The notes under the pieces: generated by a model
Databases searched by the model: none
Seen by the model: only the letters and a program-made list of their open reading frames with translations
Told to the model about the DNA's origin: nothing
Program-made: the position numbers and the translations under genes
Assembly: GCF_006345805.1 (NCBI RefSeq)
Contig: NW_021823580.1
Coordinates: 1-21,993, forward strand
Direction of reading: 5' to 3'
DNA: 21,993 bases
Origin: Octopus sinensis
Lineage: Eukaryota
Part shown: positions 20,901-21,993 of the stretch, piece by piece
How the letters are laid out: each line of letters opens with the position of its first letter
Position numbering within the stretch: position 1 is the first letter of the stretch

Positions 20901-21993
20901 AGGGGCAGGTAATTCAGTGGCAGATAATCCAGTGGCAGGTAATTCAGGGGCAGATAATCCAGGGGTAGGTAATTCAGGGGCAGATAATCCAGGGGTAGGA
21001 AATTCAGGGTCAGGTAATTCAGAGGCAGGTAATTCAGGGCATGTAATTCAGGGGCAGGTAATTCAGTGGCATCGAATTCAGGGGCAGATAATCCAGGGGT
21101 AGGTAATTCAGGGGCAGGTAATTCAGACGCCGGTAATTCAGGGTATGTAATTCAGGGGCAGGTAATTCAGTGGCATCTAATTCAGGGGCAGCTAATTCAA
21201 GGGCAGATAAACCAGGTGTAGGTAATTCAGGGGCAGGCAATTCAGGGGCAGGTAATTCAGGGGCAGATAATCCAGGGGTAGGTAATTCAGGGGCAGGTAA
21301 TTCAGAGGCAGGTAATTCAGGGCATGTAATTCAGAGGCAGATAATCCAGGGGTAGGTAATTCAGGGCATGTAATTCAGAGGCAGGTAATTCAGGGGTAGG
21401 TAAATCAGGAGCAGGTAACTAAGAGGCATGTAATTCAGGGCATGTAATTCAGGGGCAGGTAATTCAGTGGCATCTAATTAAGGGGCAGGTAATTCAGGGC
21501 ATGTAATTAAGGGGCAGGTAATTCAGTGGCATCCAATTCAGGGGCAGGTAATTCAGGGGCAGATAATCCAGGGTTAGGCAATTCAGAGGCAGGTAATTCA
21601 GAGGCAGGTATATCAGGGGCAGGTAATTCAGGGGCAGATAATCCAGGGGTAGGTAATTTAGGCGCAGGTAATTCAGAGGCAGGTAATTCAGGGCATGTAA
21701 TTGAGGGGCAGGTAATTCAGTGGCATCTAATTCAGGGGCAGGTAATTCAGAGGCGGTAATTCAGGGCATGTAATTCAGAGTTGGTAATTCAGGGGTAGGT
21801 AATTCAGGCGCAGGTAATTCAGAGGCAGGTAATTCAGGGCATGTAATTCAGGGGCAGGTAACTCAGTGGCATCTAATTCAGGGGCAGGTAATTCAGGGGC
21901 AGATAATCCAGGAGTAGGTAATTCAGGGGCAGGTAATTCAGAGGCCCGTAATTCAGGCAGATAATCCAGGGTAGGTAATTCAGGGGCAGGTAA
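20900..21993 (+). repeat. 15-bp G-rich minisatellite, block 3 (runs off the window)
   Basis: Same unit, variants and orientation as blocks 1 and 2. Confidence 0.97.

Noticed and set aside
19183-21759. GAGNS, LPAPE, NYLPL and IQGQV repeat ORFs as structural or antifreeze-like proteins
   Set aside because: They are alternative frames of the 15-bp unit on both strands. The recurrent 14-bp unit shifts frame and substitutions are not confined to silent positions, so I see no sign of coding constraint.
18693-21993. Canonical telomerase repeat (TTAGG, TTAGGG, TCAGG)
   Set aside because: TCAGG is only a sub-word of a 15-bp unit, and an ordered multi-variant 119-bp structure is not expected from a single telomerase template. 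Only a non-canonical, recombination-type role is retained as a hypothesis.
1-21993. tRNA, rRNA or prokaryotic promoter/terminator features
   Set aside because: I saw no cloverleaf, rRNA-like sequence or operon context. Hairpins followed by T runs in the satellite are compositional.

Overview
This is eukaryotic, probably invertebrate, repeat-dominated DNA, and I can support no intact protein-coding gene. Bases 1-303 are unique: a minus-strand Pol II promoter-like stretch (TATAAAAG, Kozak-like ATG, near-consensus splice donor) beside a (GA)13 tract. Bases 304-18693 are one head-to-tail array of about 130 copies of a 141-bp, ~77% AT satellite. Each monomer carries a 29-bp imperfect inverted repeat, so it reads like a 122-bp MITE-like unit plus a 19-bp spacer. 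Diagnostic variants show the array was built by nested block duplications of roughly 11, 14 and 57-64 monomers. From 18693 to the end is a patchwork. Three same-polarity blocks of a G-rich 15-bp minisatellite (GGGGCAGGTAATTCA, loosely ordered in a 119-bp 8-unit higher-order repeat) are interleaved with two unidentified unique fragments, two (TA)n tracts and a decayed CR1/L2/Jockey-group LINE reverse-transcriptase fragment. A 46-bp inverted copy of that LINE's left junction sits inside the first minisatellite block. All supplied ORFs except the LINE one look like repeat artefacts. Patchy homopolymer indels suggest long-read error, so some structure could be assembly-derived.
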